Source: Eledone cirrhosa (lineage: Eukaryota). From it: DNA of 64,000 bases. Made by a program: the position numbers and the translations under genes. The notes beneath the pieces are model-generated. The model was not told the origin of the DNA. It did not search any database and saw only the letters and a program-made list of their open reading frames with translations. The DNA lies in contig OZ024743.1 in NCBI GenBank assembly GCA_964016885.1, positions 317,936,001 to 318,000,000 of the forward strand, given 5' to 3'. Each line of letters starts with the position of its first letter. The stretch's first letter is position 1. Of the stretch, positions 24,971 through 37,678 are shown in pieces.

Positions 24971-27900
24971 CTAACAGCGCTGCGATCGAATGTGGCTTTT
25001 TAGCCCAGCCAATGATCTAAAATGTCTTGCACAGAGTCGGCAACCAAAACATTCACTGAGAATAGCCGGCTGTGGTTGGAGTTCATGCACTTTTGCATGT
25101 CGCTTGAGCCCTCCTGCTGATTTACATTCTCTACCACATGTTTGGCAAGCATGATGAGTAGCATCTCCAACAGCAGCCTGGTAGTCAACCACTGGTCTTA
25201 CTTTATGACTGCGAAGATGACTTTCGAGTCCAGCTTTGCTTAGGCAGAGTCTCGCAGAGACGTTGCAAGTCAGCATCATAGGAGGACCCTCGCCGTCTGG
25301 AAGTGCAACAGCAATGCCCTTCCTCACATTCCGCTTTACTTTCTCGTATGCGATTCAAGATGCCTCAAAGGCAACTTTTCCCTCATATACAGTCTTTCTC
25401 CATTTATTACGATCAGCAGCAATATTTTCCCATGTATCAGCAGAAATGTTAGCGTCTTTCAAAGAGGCTTTCAAGGAATCCTTATACCTCTTTTTTGGTT
25501 TATGTGGCGGTCGTTTTCCTTTAACCAACTCTCCATAAAAGAGTTGTTTTGGTATTCTAGAATCCTTCATCCTGGCAAGGTGACCACTCCAACGGAGTCG
25601 TTGCTTAAGCACAAGATCTTCTATACTGTCACACATAGAGCTTTCCAAAATCTCGACATCACTGATGTGGTCCCCCCAGTGAACGCCATGGATCCGTCTG
25701 AGGCACATCTGATGGAAACGCTCCAATTGCTTAAGGTGGTGTCGATATGTGACCCAGGTCTCGCAGGTATAAAGAAGACAAGAGAGCACACATGCCTTGT
25801 ACACCTTTACCTTTGTCCTCCTGCATATGTCTCGCCGACCCCAGAGTCGCCTTTCTAGCTTTCCGAAAGCATCACTTGCTTTCCTAATACTAAGTGAGAT
25901 TTCATTGTCAAGGTTGCTGTATCGATTGACAGTGCTTCCCAGGTAGGCAAACTGATCAACCACTCCAAGTCGTTTACCATACACATAGATATTTGGTTCA
26001 GAGTACTGCTTACCAGGGGCAGGTTGGTACATGACGACGGTTTTCTTGAGACTGACAGTCAATCCTAGGGCAGTGCAAGCATCAGAAAATGCATTCAAAA
26101 TGTGCTGCATATCACTCTCTGTGTGCGCTACAAGATCGCAATCATCTGCATACAAGAGGTCTCTTATGATTGATGTACATAGTTTTGTCTTTGCAGCAAA
26201 GCGCCTGATGTTAAATATGCTGCCTGAGGTTCGATATCGGATGTAAACACCGTGCTCGCAATTCCTGAATGCAATACAGAAAACCATTGCAAAGTATATG
26301 GCAAACAGGATCGGTGCTGGAATATCCCCCTGTTTCCCTCCATTTTTTACTGAGATAGGCTCCGACATGTTACCTCCGACATTAACCCAAGCCTTCATGT
26401 CGTCATGGAAAGACCTAACTAAAGCAAGGAACTTATCAGGGCAACGAAGTTTCTGGAAAACCTTCCATAATGCATCTCTGTTAACAGTATCGAAAGCTTT
26501 TGTCAGATCGACAAAAACTTGATACAGATCCAAACCTTGTTCCATGCACTTCTCCTGGAGCTGTCTATCTGAGAAGATCATATCAGTAGTGCCGCGTCCA
26601 GCACGAAAACCAGATTGACTTTCAGGAAGAACACAATCTGCAATGTGTGTCAGCAAACGGTCCAGAAGCACCTCACATAAAACTTTCCCTACGACAGAAA
26701 GCAATGATATACCTCTGTAGTTCCCACAATCATTCCTGTTACCCTTTCCCTTGTACAAGACCACCATTACTGCATCTCTCCAGTCCTCAGGTACGGATTC
26801 ATTAGCCCATATCCTGCCAAACAAAGAGTGAAGATGTTGCAGGAGTCTCTCACCACCATATTGAAGGAGCTCAGCATGTATCCCATCCATACCTGGAGAC
26901 CTTCCACTGTTCAGCTTCGAGATAGCCACTGCAACCTCCACAAGCGTCGGAGGTTCTGCGAGAGCTACTTTCACAGGACTTTCTGGAATGAGATTGAGGA
27001 AATCTTCACTGACGACAGACGGCTGATTCAAAAGATCATCAAAGTGCTCTCGCCACCTTCGTAGAATTCCTTGTGAGTCACGAAGAAGTTCTTTGCCATC
27101 CTTGCTGCGAAGCGGTGTCACCAGAGAAGAAGACGGTCCATAAACCTCACGCAAGAGACTGTACAACAGCTTTGTGTTATTGGAATCTGAGGCAGTTTGT
27201 ATCTCACCAGCCTTCTCACTCCACCACTGATCCTTCCTCTGAGAAAGACTCCACCTAACACGTGATTTTAGATCCTTGAGTTCCTCATGCAACGTATTCC
27301 TCTCCTGTGGTTTTGCCGTCAAGTAGCGTGACAGAGCACGCCTCTTATCAGCCAACAAGTCTTCTATAAGTACATCATTCTCATTAAACCAGTCCTGATG
27401 TTTTCTCTGCACCAATCCCAGAACACGCCTGCCTACATCATAAACTGCAGCCTGCATCTCTTCTTGCAATGTCCTCTTCACATTTTTATCCTTAAGACGA
27501 GCAGCATTCAATATTTTGGGCAGGGCAACACCAGGAGCCCGGATTTTACGTTTAGTGATTAGTTTCACTTTTGCGCGTACCAGGCGGTGGTCCGTCCAGC
27601 ACTCAGCTCCACGAAGAGCACGAACACACTGCACATCCTGTCTGTCGCGCATCCTGACTAGGACGTAGTCCAAAGGATGCCATTCCTTAGATGCAGGATG
27701 CATCCATGTGGTCTTGAATTTGTTCTTTTGTTTGGAACATGGTGTTGGTAACACACAGATCCAGCTCCTCACACATCTGCAGCAGGGGCATACCATTGTT
27801 GTTACACTTTCCCACCCATGCCTTCCGATTACATTCCATGTGTTAAAATCCCTACCCACTCTAGCACTAAAGTCACCAAGCACGATGACTTTGTCTGCCT

Positions 27901-28330
27901 GAGGGATATTTCTTAAAAGACCTTTCAATGCATGGTAAAAGGACACTTTTTCTTCATCGACAGAATTCATAGTTGGAGCATACACACTCACCAGGGTCGC
28001 ATATCTTCCTTTGTCCAGCGGAATTCTCATGGACATAAGACGCTCACTAATCCCTACTGGGAATTCTTCTAATTTATTCACAAGAACAGTCTTAACAGCA
28101 AATCCTACCCAGCCTCTCTTCTGGTTCCTTCATCTCTTCCTTTCCAGAATTCTCCACAAAATTCTGTAAGATGACCATCTCCAGCTAACCTCGTCTCAGA
28201 TAAAGCCACGATGTCAAGATCGTAACGTCGAAGCTCCTTTGCAACAAGAGCGGTCCTTCGTTCAGGACGCTCCAAGGAATCCCTGTCAAGCAGCGTCCGT
28301 ACGTTCCAGCAGCCAAGACTAAATGCCTTG
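24971..28330 (-). mobile_element. Near full-length RTE-clade LINE: APE endonuclease, RT and C-terminal C2H2 fingers; mildly disrupted
   Basis: GCWNVRTL, ALSETR, LGDF and TDH (APE); NYRGISLL, DLTKAFD, LLYADD and YLGS (RT); frameshift near 28105 and in-frame TGA at 25355. Confidence 0.95.
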
Positions 28331-28505
28331 TTTGGCTCTACTACAATGGCACGATGACGAGCGGGCCCATGCTGTGATAACCTGGGGCCCCTGCCCTTAT
28401 TGCCAATTATCTTTTTTGTTCCAGAATCTAAATTGCCAATTATCTCTTTTATATTGTTCTCGAACATCATTGAATTGGAAAAAAAAAAAAAAAAAAGTAA
28501 TAATA

Positions 28506-28551
<46 letters not shown>

Positions 28552-28574
28552 ACTATTAATAATTATTAATGCAC

Positions 28575-28815
28575 TCGTGCAATGCCTGTGCGTGACGAAT
28601 ATTTTTAAAGTGAGGAAAGACTGTGCACTGAGCCAATCCCACTCTCTGAGCGACAGTAGCTATAACCCGAAAAGAAGAAAAGATCAACATCATCGGTAAC
28701 TACTAAGCCGCAGGTTTTATGTCGGAGTTAACCCAGTTTCCTGAGATGCCTTCTCCTAGAAGAATGCTCTGACAAGGGCTAGGGGTTCATCACTCCCAGT
28801 GGTTTAACTGCGCGA
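28575..28815 (-). mobile_element. Fragment of a non-autonomous RTE-derived element, near-identical to 30869-31095
   Basis: About 230 bp shared, including gtgaggaaagactgtgcactgagccaatcccactctctgagcgacag; a diverged inverted relative lies at about 3140-3300. Confidence 0.65.
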
Positions 28816-29053
28816 TCGGGCATCCAGCCCGATTATTTCTATGTCCCCGCGCAAAAAAAAAAAAAAAAAACTCACTTATTGACACTTATACGTACGACAT
28901 ACACACACGCGCATACATACGCGCGCACACACACGCATACATACGCGCGCGCACAGCAACACTCATACATACAAACAAACACACGCACGCTACTCACTTA
29001 CACACACGCTACTCACTTACACACACACACATACACATATATATATATATATA

Positions 29054-30046
29054 CTAGCAGTAAAGCTCGGCGTTGCTCGGGGTCGCTCAGTAGCTGTGTT
29101 AAAGTTACAATGTTAAGTTTCTTTTTTGGCTTAAAAACTGTAGTGTCTACTGTGCAGACTTGCATGTGGTGTTTTTGATTAATATTCCCTCAACCAACAA
29201 TATGCCTTATGAAGTTAAGAAAACATAACGATAACCCGAATGTTATAACAAAAGAGGATGCTGGGGATAAAAACTGCACTGGTTATTTATTAACAAAGAT
29301 CGAAAATGTAAACACTGCAACGCAGAGAAAAACATTAGCGTAACCAAATTATCAGTTATGTCTGTCTGCACGCCTATATCACCTCTCTGCACGACTGTCT
29401 GTCTGCACGCCTATATCACCTCTCTGCACGACTATCTGTCTGCACGCCTATATCACCTCTCTGCACGACTGTCTGTCTGCACGCCTATATCACCTCTCTG
29501 CACGACTGTCTGTCTGCACGCCTATATCACCTCTCTGCACGACTGTCTGTCTGCACGCGTATATCACCTCTCTGCACGACTGTCTGTCTGCACGACTGTC
29601 TGTCTGCACGCCTAACGACGAAATATTTGCTTGTTTTACGTAGTCTTTAAATAGACTTGTTTTCAAGTAAAAATATTGTTTTAAAATGCTTTTAAATGGA
29701 AATGAAGCAAAACGGAAGCTTAGTGTTCGAACTGATGAATTTTGCAGGTCAATATTTTGCTATGTCATTTTAAACGCTGAGAAAGCCAGCGTAATTTTTT
29801 ACGTAAGACGCTCAATGTAAACAGAACAAAGGGAAATAACTGATAACTTACGCTCAAAAATCGATACATTATATTCGATTTCGTCACATAGGGTGGGTCA
29901 ATTTGAAATTTTTTTTTTCCGATGTCTTCGTTAGGGCTCAATGTACAAGTATAGCAATTTCGGTGCAATTCCGTGAGAGATTCTAAGAGGAGATGTGTGC
30001 CAAAAATCGATAGACAGACAGACAACCACAGTTTTATATATATAGA
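29054..30046 (-). mobile_element. Non-autonomous Helitron
   Basis: Minus strand A|TC start, CTAG|T end, GC-rich subterminal hairpin-like segment (cccgagcaacgccgag), no TSD. Confidence 0.7.
29359..29612. repeat. 37-bp minisatellite, 6 full copies plus partial units (tgtctgtctgcacgcctatatcacctctctgcacgac)
   Basis: Units start at 29359, 29396, 29433, 29470, 29507 and 29544. Confidence 0.95.
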
Positions 30047-30184
30047 TTACCGTCATTACTGATACAAGATTACAAGATTATGTCAACTGTTGACTTTCAA
30101 GAGTTTGTATAGTTGAAGCCGTTCGTATTACAGTCCAGTATTATTATAATTGCTTTACAGCATAGAGCTATGGCTCTCCACGCT

Positions 30185-30610
30185 CTGAGCTTAAATCCCG
30201 CCGAGGTCAACCTTGCCTTTCATCCCCACGGAGTCAACAAAAGAGAGTACCAGTAATGCGCTGGACCAGTCGCTGGATCCGTGCCAAAAGCAGAAAAATT
30301 ATTATTAAAGTTGTTTTCTTAAGGCCCGGTCGCTGGTGATGGTGATGGCGGTGGTGGTGGTGGTGGTGTTGGTGGTGGTGGTGTTGGTGGTGGTGGCAGT
30401 TGATGTTGTTGTGTTGTGTGCGTGTGTGTGTTTTGTTATTTTGAGATTTTTGTTTGTTTGTGGGGGTTTTGGGGGGGGGGCAGTATTGGTAGAGGGTCGA
30501 ACGCCATGCTTTGCAGCAGAGAGTTTCGTCCCTTTACAGTCTGAGTTCAAATCCCGCAGAGATTAACTTTCCCCTTCATCCTTACGGGGGTCGGTAAAAT
30601 AAAGTACCAA
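30185..30610 (+). mobile_element. Two family A SINE copies separated by (GGT)n
   Basis: ccgccgaggtcaaccttgcctttcatccc near 30200 and gagttcaaatcccgc...cttcatccttacggggg near 30545. Confidence 0.65.
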
Positions 30611-30812
30611 CACCGGCACTAATGTTTACAGCAACAACAGCTTCAGAATGAATTGAAATGAACATTTACAACAACAACAGCGGCATCAAACGATAACATG
30701 CATACATACATACACACAAATACATACATACATACATACACACAAATACATACATACATACATACATACATACATACATACATACATACATACATACATA
30801 CATACATACATA

Positions 30813-31320
30813 CATGATGGCTGCCCCCTCGTTATCGAGAATGGCCATTGCACGATATACCATTATTATCGTGCAATGCCTGTGCGTGAGGAAAGTGAGG
30901 AAAGACTGTGCACTGAGCCAATCCCACTCTCTGAGCGACAGTAGCTATAATCCGAAAAGAAGAAAAGATCAACATCATCGGTAACTACTGAGCCGCAGGT
31001 TTTATATCGGAGTTATCCCAGTTTCATGAGTTGCCTTCTCCTACAAAAACACCCTGACAGAGGCTAGGGATCCTTCACTCCCAGTGGTTTAACCGTGCGG
31101 TACATGTGTATATACATATTTACACACTTTCGGATGGCCGTTGACTCTTATGAGTTCTTCCGTCCTTTGTCAGGTTTTGTTTTTTGTCCTGCAGGGTGTC
31201 CAAAATCACCCTCCTCACCAAGTAAACTTGGTGGGGTTGCCGGTTTAGTCGCCGATGACACGACCATGCGACAGGTTGTACTGGGTTACATGTTACCAGT
31301 AGCACTCAAGAGTGACCGAC
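30813..31320 (-). mobile_element. Short non-autonomous RTE-like element inserted in (TACA)n
   Basis: 3' end atgatggctgccccctcgttatcgag also at 22668; 5' head also at 18490-18587 and 41300-41412; flanked by (TACA)n on both sides. Confidence 0.6.
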
Positions 31321-31547
31321 ATACATACATACATACATACATACATACATACATACATACATACATACATACATACATACACCCACACAAATACATGCAC
31401 TCACTTACATGAATATAGATGCATACGTGCATACATATGTAGAATTAACAAATTTGATACGATGTTCATAGGAAGAGAGATTTGAATGTAGACATATAGA
31501 GAAAAAATAAAATAAGTGCTCATATTCAGTTCATTATATAATTGTTT

Positions 31548-31727
31548 CTTCTTTTGGCAGAAGGCCTGCAATTTCCCCAGTGCATTACTGGTACTTTATA
31601 TTACCGACCCCCGTAAGGATGAAGGGGAAAGTTAATCACTGTGGGATTTGAACTCAGACTGTAAAGGGCCGAAACTGTTTGCTGCAAAGCATGGCGTCCG
31701 ACCCTTTACCGATACTGCCAATCCACA
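31548..31727 (-). mobile_element. Family A SINE, inverted relative of 30475-30610
   Basis: gggatttgaactcagactgtaaaggg. Confidence 0.7.
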
Positions 31728-31898
31728 TGTTGAGATGTAACGTTATAGGGAGTATATTCATTGTTTTTTTGTTTGTTTTTGTGTGTGTTGACTGCTCTTT
31801 TTATCTTTTACATGTTCCAGCTCATGGGCTGTGGCCATGCTGGAGCACACACACAAAATAAAGAAAGATAATGTTAATGTGTGTTGCATTAATTTCAG

Positions 31899-32031
31899 CC
31901 GGAATCCAGATTTGAGGTATGGCCTTTGTCTTTCGGAAGACGAGAAAGATTATTTAACAAACCGGAAATGCCGAGTGTATGAAGCTTTGAATAATTTATT
32001 AGAAGATGATGCTCCACAGAATATTGATGAA
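31899..32031 (+). CDS. PLA2G4A: cPLA2 exon 6: RNPDLRYGLCLSEDEKDYLTNRKCRVYEALNNLLEDDAPQNIDE
   Basis: Matches PDLRFSMALCDQEKTFRQQRK at the start of the catalytic domain; ttcag and gtaagt. Confidence 0.93.
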
Positions 32032-33841
32032 GTAAGTTTCATAAAACATTTATAACATTATATTATAATGGTTTAAAGCGCCTAACCGGTATCTGGGTGA
32101 TATGCGGTTCGATTCCGCATAGCGGCCGAAGGCAACTTCTTTTTCCATCTGTAATCGTCTTCACCCTATTTCAGAAGCTATTTTATAGCATCTTCGCACA
32201 TGAGCACTCCATTCTTTATATCAAATTTATTATAATGGCATTAAGAAGGACTGAGTGGGTGACCCAGGAATGCTTGTTGTATGAAAAACAATTAGTATGC
32301 AATAAAATATTTTCGTTATCATATTTATAATAAAAGACATTGCCTATGATTTTCATTAAATTTTGAAAATGATCAAGATTTTTAGAGATTTAGTAACATA
32401 TATCCAACTTTCTAATCATGATGTTTGGAACATAACTTAATTCTTTCTAAACCATGTTTCTGGTGATGACTTTCAAATAATTTTTTTAATTATCAAGTAT
32501 TTGAAGAGATTTAGTAATATAACTAATTATAACTAAAGAAATATTTGGAACATAACTTAAATAAGGTTCTTATACAAAACTTTATTTTTAAATAACCGGT
32601 TTTGTATTGTAGAAGCAGGGTCAGTTTTAGAATGTTTTGTATCAAAAGGGTTAATGCACTGAATCAAGAAACTTTAACAAAAATAAAATTATACTCATAG
32701 GGAAAAGAAAAAATCCCACCGTAAAGTTTTGAGGCCCAGACCAAGCAGTATTTTGTGTTCATTTTATTTCATGTTGTTCCAATTAGCTCAGCTGAAAATA
32801 AATACCAACATTTAGAGAATTAAGCATGTGATGGACTGGTGTCCCTTCCAAGAGAATTATTGTACTTTCAGTCACTTAACACCACCAGAAATCTGGATAA
32901 GCTCCAGTCTGATGAATCACTAAGCCCCAAAACGTTTTCAACTTTAATTAAATTAAGATGAAGGTTTTTTTTCCGCCCCTTGGATGTAATATTTAATTTT
33001 GAGTCACCAACGTTACTAATTGTTTTTCATGCAACTGGCGTCCCTGGTTTTTGTTTTTTTTCAGTCATTTATTTAAGGTTTGGGAAGGGGGTTAATATTC
33101 CACATGATTAAAAATATAAAGAAGAGAAGTTGAAAATGCACATTAGTACTTTGATGAAGATTTATTTACAATAACTCACTTTACTGGTTACATGATTTTT
33201 GTCGATTTTCCAAAACGACAAGGAAAGACATGAAACTTTGCCGTAAGTTCTCGCGTCCAATTGGGGTTTGAAAAATGTTCTTGTTTTATGCAGAGAACGT
33301 GGCTCAAAGTACTGTTTGTTTAAGATACAGTTTGATTCGTTGACGATGATCACATGATTAGACATAGAATAATTCTCCATTACGTCCATGCATTAAAAAA
33401 AATCAAAGCTATGTATATTCAATATTAAGGGGTAGAATGAACAAGATTTGTATATCTGTATGTAGGTTTAAAATTTAGCTATAAAATGTATTCTCTAATT
33501 CGCCCGTGTGTTTGTGACATGTGTGAAAAATTCATCATTGTGCCCAAAGTTGAGATTTTCATCTGTGTAACACCAACATGTCAAATGACAGAATGGACAA
33601 GGATTGTGTGTGTGTTTATGTATAAATAGTTGTTAGGGAATATATATAATATAATCATCATCATCGCATTTAATATATGTTCTTCAATGTTAGCATGGGT
33701 TGGACAGACTGTTCGGGTTTTGGCATGATTTGTACAGTTGGATGTCCTTCCTGTCACCAACCATTTTGCTGGACCGGCAATCGCTCTGTATAATCAGCTC
33801 CTGATTATTACTGGAATTCTATAAGAATCCAGCTTCTATAA

Positions 33842-33930
33842 TTTTCGGCGGAAGAGGGCAGTACGTAGCTCTGATGATTGCCAAAAGCATGAAACATACT
33901 GTTAGCTTCTCTGCCTTCTTTCGCCGAAAA
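33842..33930 (+). ncRNA. Extended type I hammerhead ribozyme candidate
   Basis: 20-bp distal stem I, internal loop, AGCU/AGCU, CUGAUGA, UGC(CAAAA)GCA, GAAA, ACA(UAC)UGU, GUU triplet. Confidence 0.75.
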
Positions 33931-34131
33931 GAAGTAAGTGAGATAGTCACTACTTTAAAAATGATAGCGTAAGGTCTTCAAAATGTTTTAAATTAAACAT
34001 ACGGTATATTGCCAAATATACTATGCATACATTCATGTATACATCGCTATTTCAGAGCACCAATCCTAATACAATATACATATATATATATATATATGTA
34101 TATATATATGTATATATATATATATATAATA

Positions 34132-35245
34132 CTAGCTGGCCCGTCCGACTGGCGCCCGGCTAGGTATACCGGCATTTTATCTTTTCAGGATTTCCCCCTC
34201 TACTCCAGTGCAAAGATACCGCACGCCTTCTCAAGTCAGCGAGGGGGTGGGGGTTAACATGCTCTGGTGTTGGGTTGGAATAGCTTTTAGGATTCCCCAG
34301 CTCAGCAGCCAGTACGTTAAAGAAAATTGATAGTTACAACAATAAAGGCTGAACAGAGAACACATTTTTTAACAAACTTTACAATAATTTGTACAACCAT
34401 AATGGAAATTCCAAGTAACAGAAAATACATAAATTACATTGTTAGAGCCTCAGAGTATACAATATTTTTTGTTCGGCCCTCGGGAGCAAAGATGTTTGGC
34501 GAGCTCACCCTAGAGCATCCTACATACAATTGACCATGGGAGCATGGTTTTCCCAGATGAAGGCCAGCCACTTTTAGGGTTTGATCCTGAGCTTTGTTGA
34601 TGGTAATCGCGAAGCTTAGTCTCTCTGTTGTTCTAGTAACATTTTTTTTCTTCTGGAAAATCTGATCTTGCAGCCAGGCTGGGACTTTTTGGGTGGCATA
34701 TCGGCAGTAACAATGACGATAAGCCGTCTGAGCTTTAACAGATTAAAGTTTAAGCAAAGAATCGCTGCTTTCACCCTTAACGTGATCTTCTGAAACTAAA
34801 AAAATCAATCTGTGAACGCAGAAGTAAATATTTGGAAAGACGTTGCAGCCGAAGGAAAACAGGAAGACAATACTTTGGTTCGTGAAGACAGACAGATATT
34901 ATAAGTGTGCGACGTTATAGCTATGTATCTATTGCAGACAGCCAGACATACAGAGACATATTATAAGGGCGCGACGCTATAGCTATGTATCTATCTAAAA
35001 AGACAGACTAAGGAAGAGAGAGTAATGTCGTATAACCGGAAGTGTTGACATTTGAAAATTTTAAAGAAGTGAATATTTAAATAAACGATAAAATATCTTT
35101 AATCTTTTAATGAAATTTAGAAGACAAAAATACCCTCACTTTCTTACTTGGAAAAAGTTACATCTATGGTGCAAATTTGGTGCTGTTTGGTCCAGCCGTT
35201 TGGCGAAAAGTTTGTTACATACAGCCGTCAGCTTTATAATATAGA
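34132..35245 (-). mobile_element. Non-autonomous Helitron
   Basis: Minus strand A|TCTATATTATAAAG start, CTAG|T end with adjacent GC-rich segment; same architecture as 29054-30046. Confidence 0.65.
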
Positions 35246-35284
35246 TATATGCGCGCGCACGCGCCTGTGTGTGCGCGTGTAAAA

Positions 35285-35460
35285 GGTAAATGGAAAACAA
35301 CGCAGCAAAACAATACAGTAACGAAGATATATATTAGTTTAACGCTTGATATAGTAGGGGAAAAATCATGACGTTTCGAGCACTAGTCCTTCATCAGAAA
35401 ATAGAATGAGAAATAAAAGAAGAAATAAACAGACAGGGGTGAATGAAAAGAAAGGAAAAA
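35285..35460 (-). repeat. Hammerhead-bearing short repeat (core 35370-35397), inverted relative of about 170-335
   Basis: Minus strand CUGAUGAAGGACUAGUGCUCGAAACGUC followed by cctactatatcaagcgt-aaactaat as at 251-276. Confidence 0.7.
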
Positions 35461-35534
35461 ACTTTTTTTTTTTTTTTAGAAAAAGCATGTGTGTGTTCAG
35501 TTAGCCAATCAAATTTTCTGATTACATTTTACAG

Positions 35535-35671
35535 GTACCAAATATTGCTGTGATTGGTTCTGGAGGTGGTTTCCGTGCTATGGTAGGATTCAGTGGAGTA
35601 ATCACTGCATTACAGAAAAGTAAAATATTAGACAGTGTTACATACTTAGGAGGTCTTTCAGGGTCCTCGTG
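35535..35671 (+). CDS. PLA2G4A: cPLA2 exon 7, catalytic motifs: VPNIAVIGSGGGFRAMVGFSGVITALQKSKILDSVTYLGGLSGSSW
   Basis: GSGGGFRA (oxyanion hole and Arg) and GLSGS (nucleophile Ser) are diagnostic of group IV PLA2; tacag and gtaagt. Confidence 0.97.
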
Positions 35672-35809
35672 GTAAGTAACTGTTTTTCCTGGACTTTTCT
35701 CTCTTTAATTTTGCATCCGAATATACACTTAGTGATGCTCTAAAGCCAGTATTGCTTGTTATAACCTCTAGTATGTATATATGGTGTTGTAACTGTTGAT
35801 AGAGTGGTA

Positions 35810-36085
35810 GGGGCGCCGTAGTGAGATACGGCGCTTCTGGGCATTTTAAGCCTGGTGGAGCCCATCTCTCCCCAGGCCTGAGTACAGCAGATTTCTTCCA
35901 GAGAAAGATAGAAAGTGAGAGAGAGGAAATGAGAAAGAGATATAGAGGTACTAGGCTGGTACTCTTTTTTTTATCGACCTCGAAAGGATGAAGTTGACCT
36001 CGATGGGATTTGAACTCAGAGAGTCGGAACGAATACCACAAAGCATTCTATCCGATGTTCTAACGACTCTGTCGATTTGCCGCCT
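35810..36085 (-). mobile_element. Family A SINE
   Basis: Same body as 1420-1772. Confidence 0.75.
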
Positions 36086-36439
36086 CTGGCTAAACACTGG
36101 AAACTCAATATCAAAGAGTACTCAGCTGGACAGTGGTTGTCTGCATGTCGGTGTTTCTCCTGGGGCTTGAACTCCGGATCTACAAGCCACACAAATACCG
36201 CTGTGGATCCCCTATAAAAGCTTTCGGCCTTCACCCACTGTCAATACCCTCACAGTGCTACTCGCCTACTGCACCATCCCGCTTTCAATGAGATCATTAA
36301 ACATGATTTGGATGCTGGAAGCTTCCCTTCGCAACTTGAACCAGAAGAGACGGCGGTAGGACAGAAAGCACTACAATCTTTCTATTCTGCAGTGGAAGCC
36401 CCTCATTTAGGGCGCAACAAGCAGCGACACTTTCTCCAG

Positions 36440-36800
36440 ACACCCACATCCTCACATCTGGACGTGTTTGTTGCACGGATCGCCATGACTCCTCTCCAGT
36501 CTGTTCGTTCTGTCATTGCTCATGGTAGGTCTTCTCGGGTGCACTCAGAATCCTCGCACAGTTATAGATTTGATGTTGTCTACCAACATTTGCGTACACA
36601 TGCTTCGGTTCCCAAAGAACGTCACTGACGATTTCATCCTCTGTTCTTTCAACCAGCTGCATTCCCTGACCGATTCAGATTCCGTTGCCCAACAAGCTGA
36701 AGATCACAAGCTGTTGTAACCACTTTCCAATAGGTTCGTTGTTGAACCTGTAGCTGTGAAGACTTCCAGTGTTTTTTTTTTAGTTGCTGGGCCACCTAAC
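36440..36800 (-). mobile_element. Decayed LINE 3' fragment
   Basis: Minus strand DEIVSDVLWEPKHVYANVGRQ resembles RTE C-terminal sequence. Confidence 0.4.
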
Positions 36801-37555
36801 TCAATTCTATTTGGAGTGGAGTTGGTCACGTACAGGAGTGAACCCCGTCACGATTCTGGCATACAAGGTGGACTTTGTGCTTTTTGTCAGGTCATGGCAT
36901 TGTAGGAGGTTAGATGTAAAATGTGTTTAGCTTTCAAGGGCTGGGCAGGTGAGGTATAACATGGCTGTGGGGGTGGGAGTAAGTGAGTTCGACTTGACGT
37001 CGATATTTAGGTATGATCAAGGTATTATGACGGGGTGTGAGGGTGCATGGGGGGGGGGGGAGTACCCCCCACCTCCGATATGTTTGTTTCGTTTCACTTT
37101 GTTGTGTGTGTGTGTGTGTGATGAGGTAGGGCTTGGATATGGAGGAATAATTGTGGAAGTTGCTAATTAAAGAGGTTTTCAACAATATCAGAGCTAAAAG
37201 AGGGAGAAAGACAAAAAAAGTGGGTCAACAGATGGGAGGAAGACACATAGAGAGGGGGAAGAGAGAGAGAAGAAGAAAAGGAGCTGGTGGAACAAGAGAA
37301 GAGATAGAGAGGGCGAAGTGGAGGGAATGCATTCAAAATATTGAAAAGATTCAAGATATAAAGATAGTGGGAGAGGAGAATAAACAAGTGAGAGATGGGG
37401 AGAGTGACAGTGGGAGTTTAGTTCCTTTGTGTTCGGACCTAGTGTATATGTATATATATTTATTTACCGCATCACGTTACATACACAAAGATTAACAACA
37501 GATAAAAGTATATAAATAGATCAAATCGTTCATATAAAAGGTATTTGTTTATTTG

Positions 37556-37678
<123 letters not shown>

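Noticed and set aside
29359-29612. 37-bp repeats resembling a CRISPR array
   Set aside because: Head-to-tail units with no unique spacers, eukaryotic context, no cas genes
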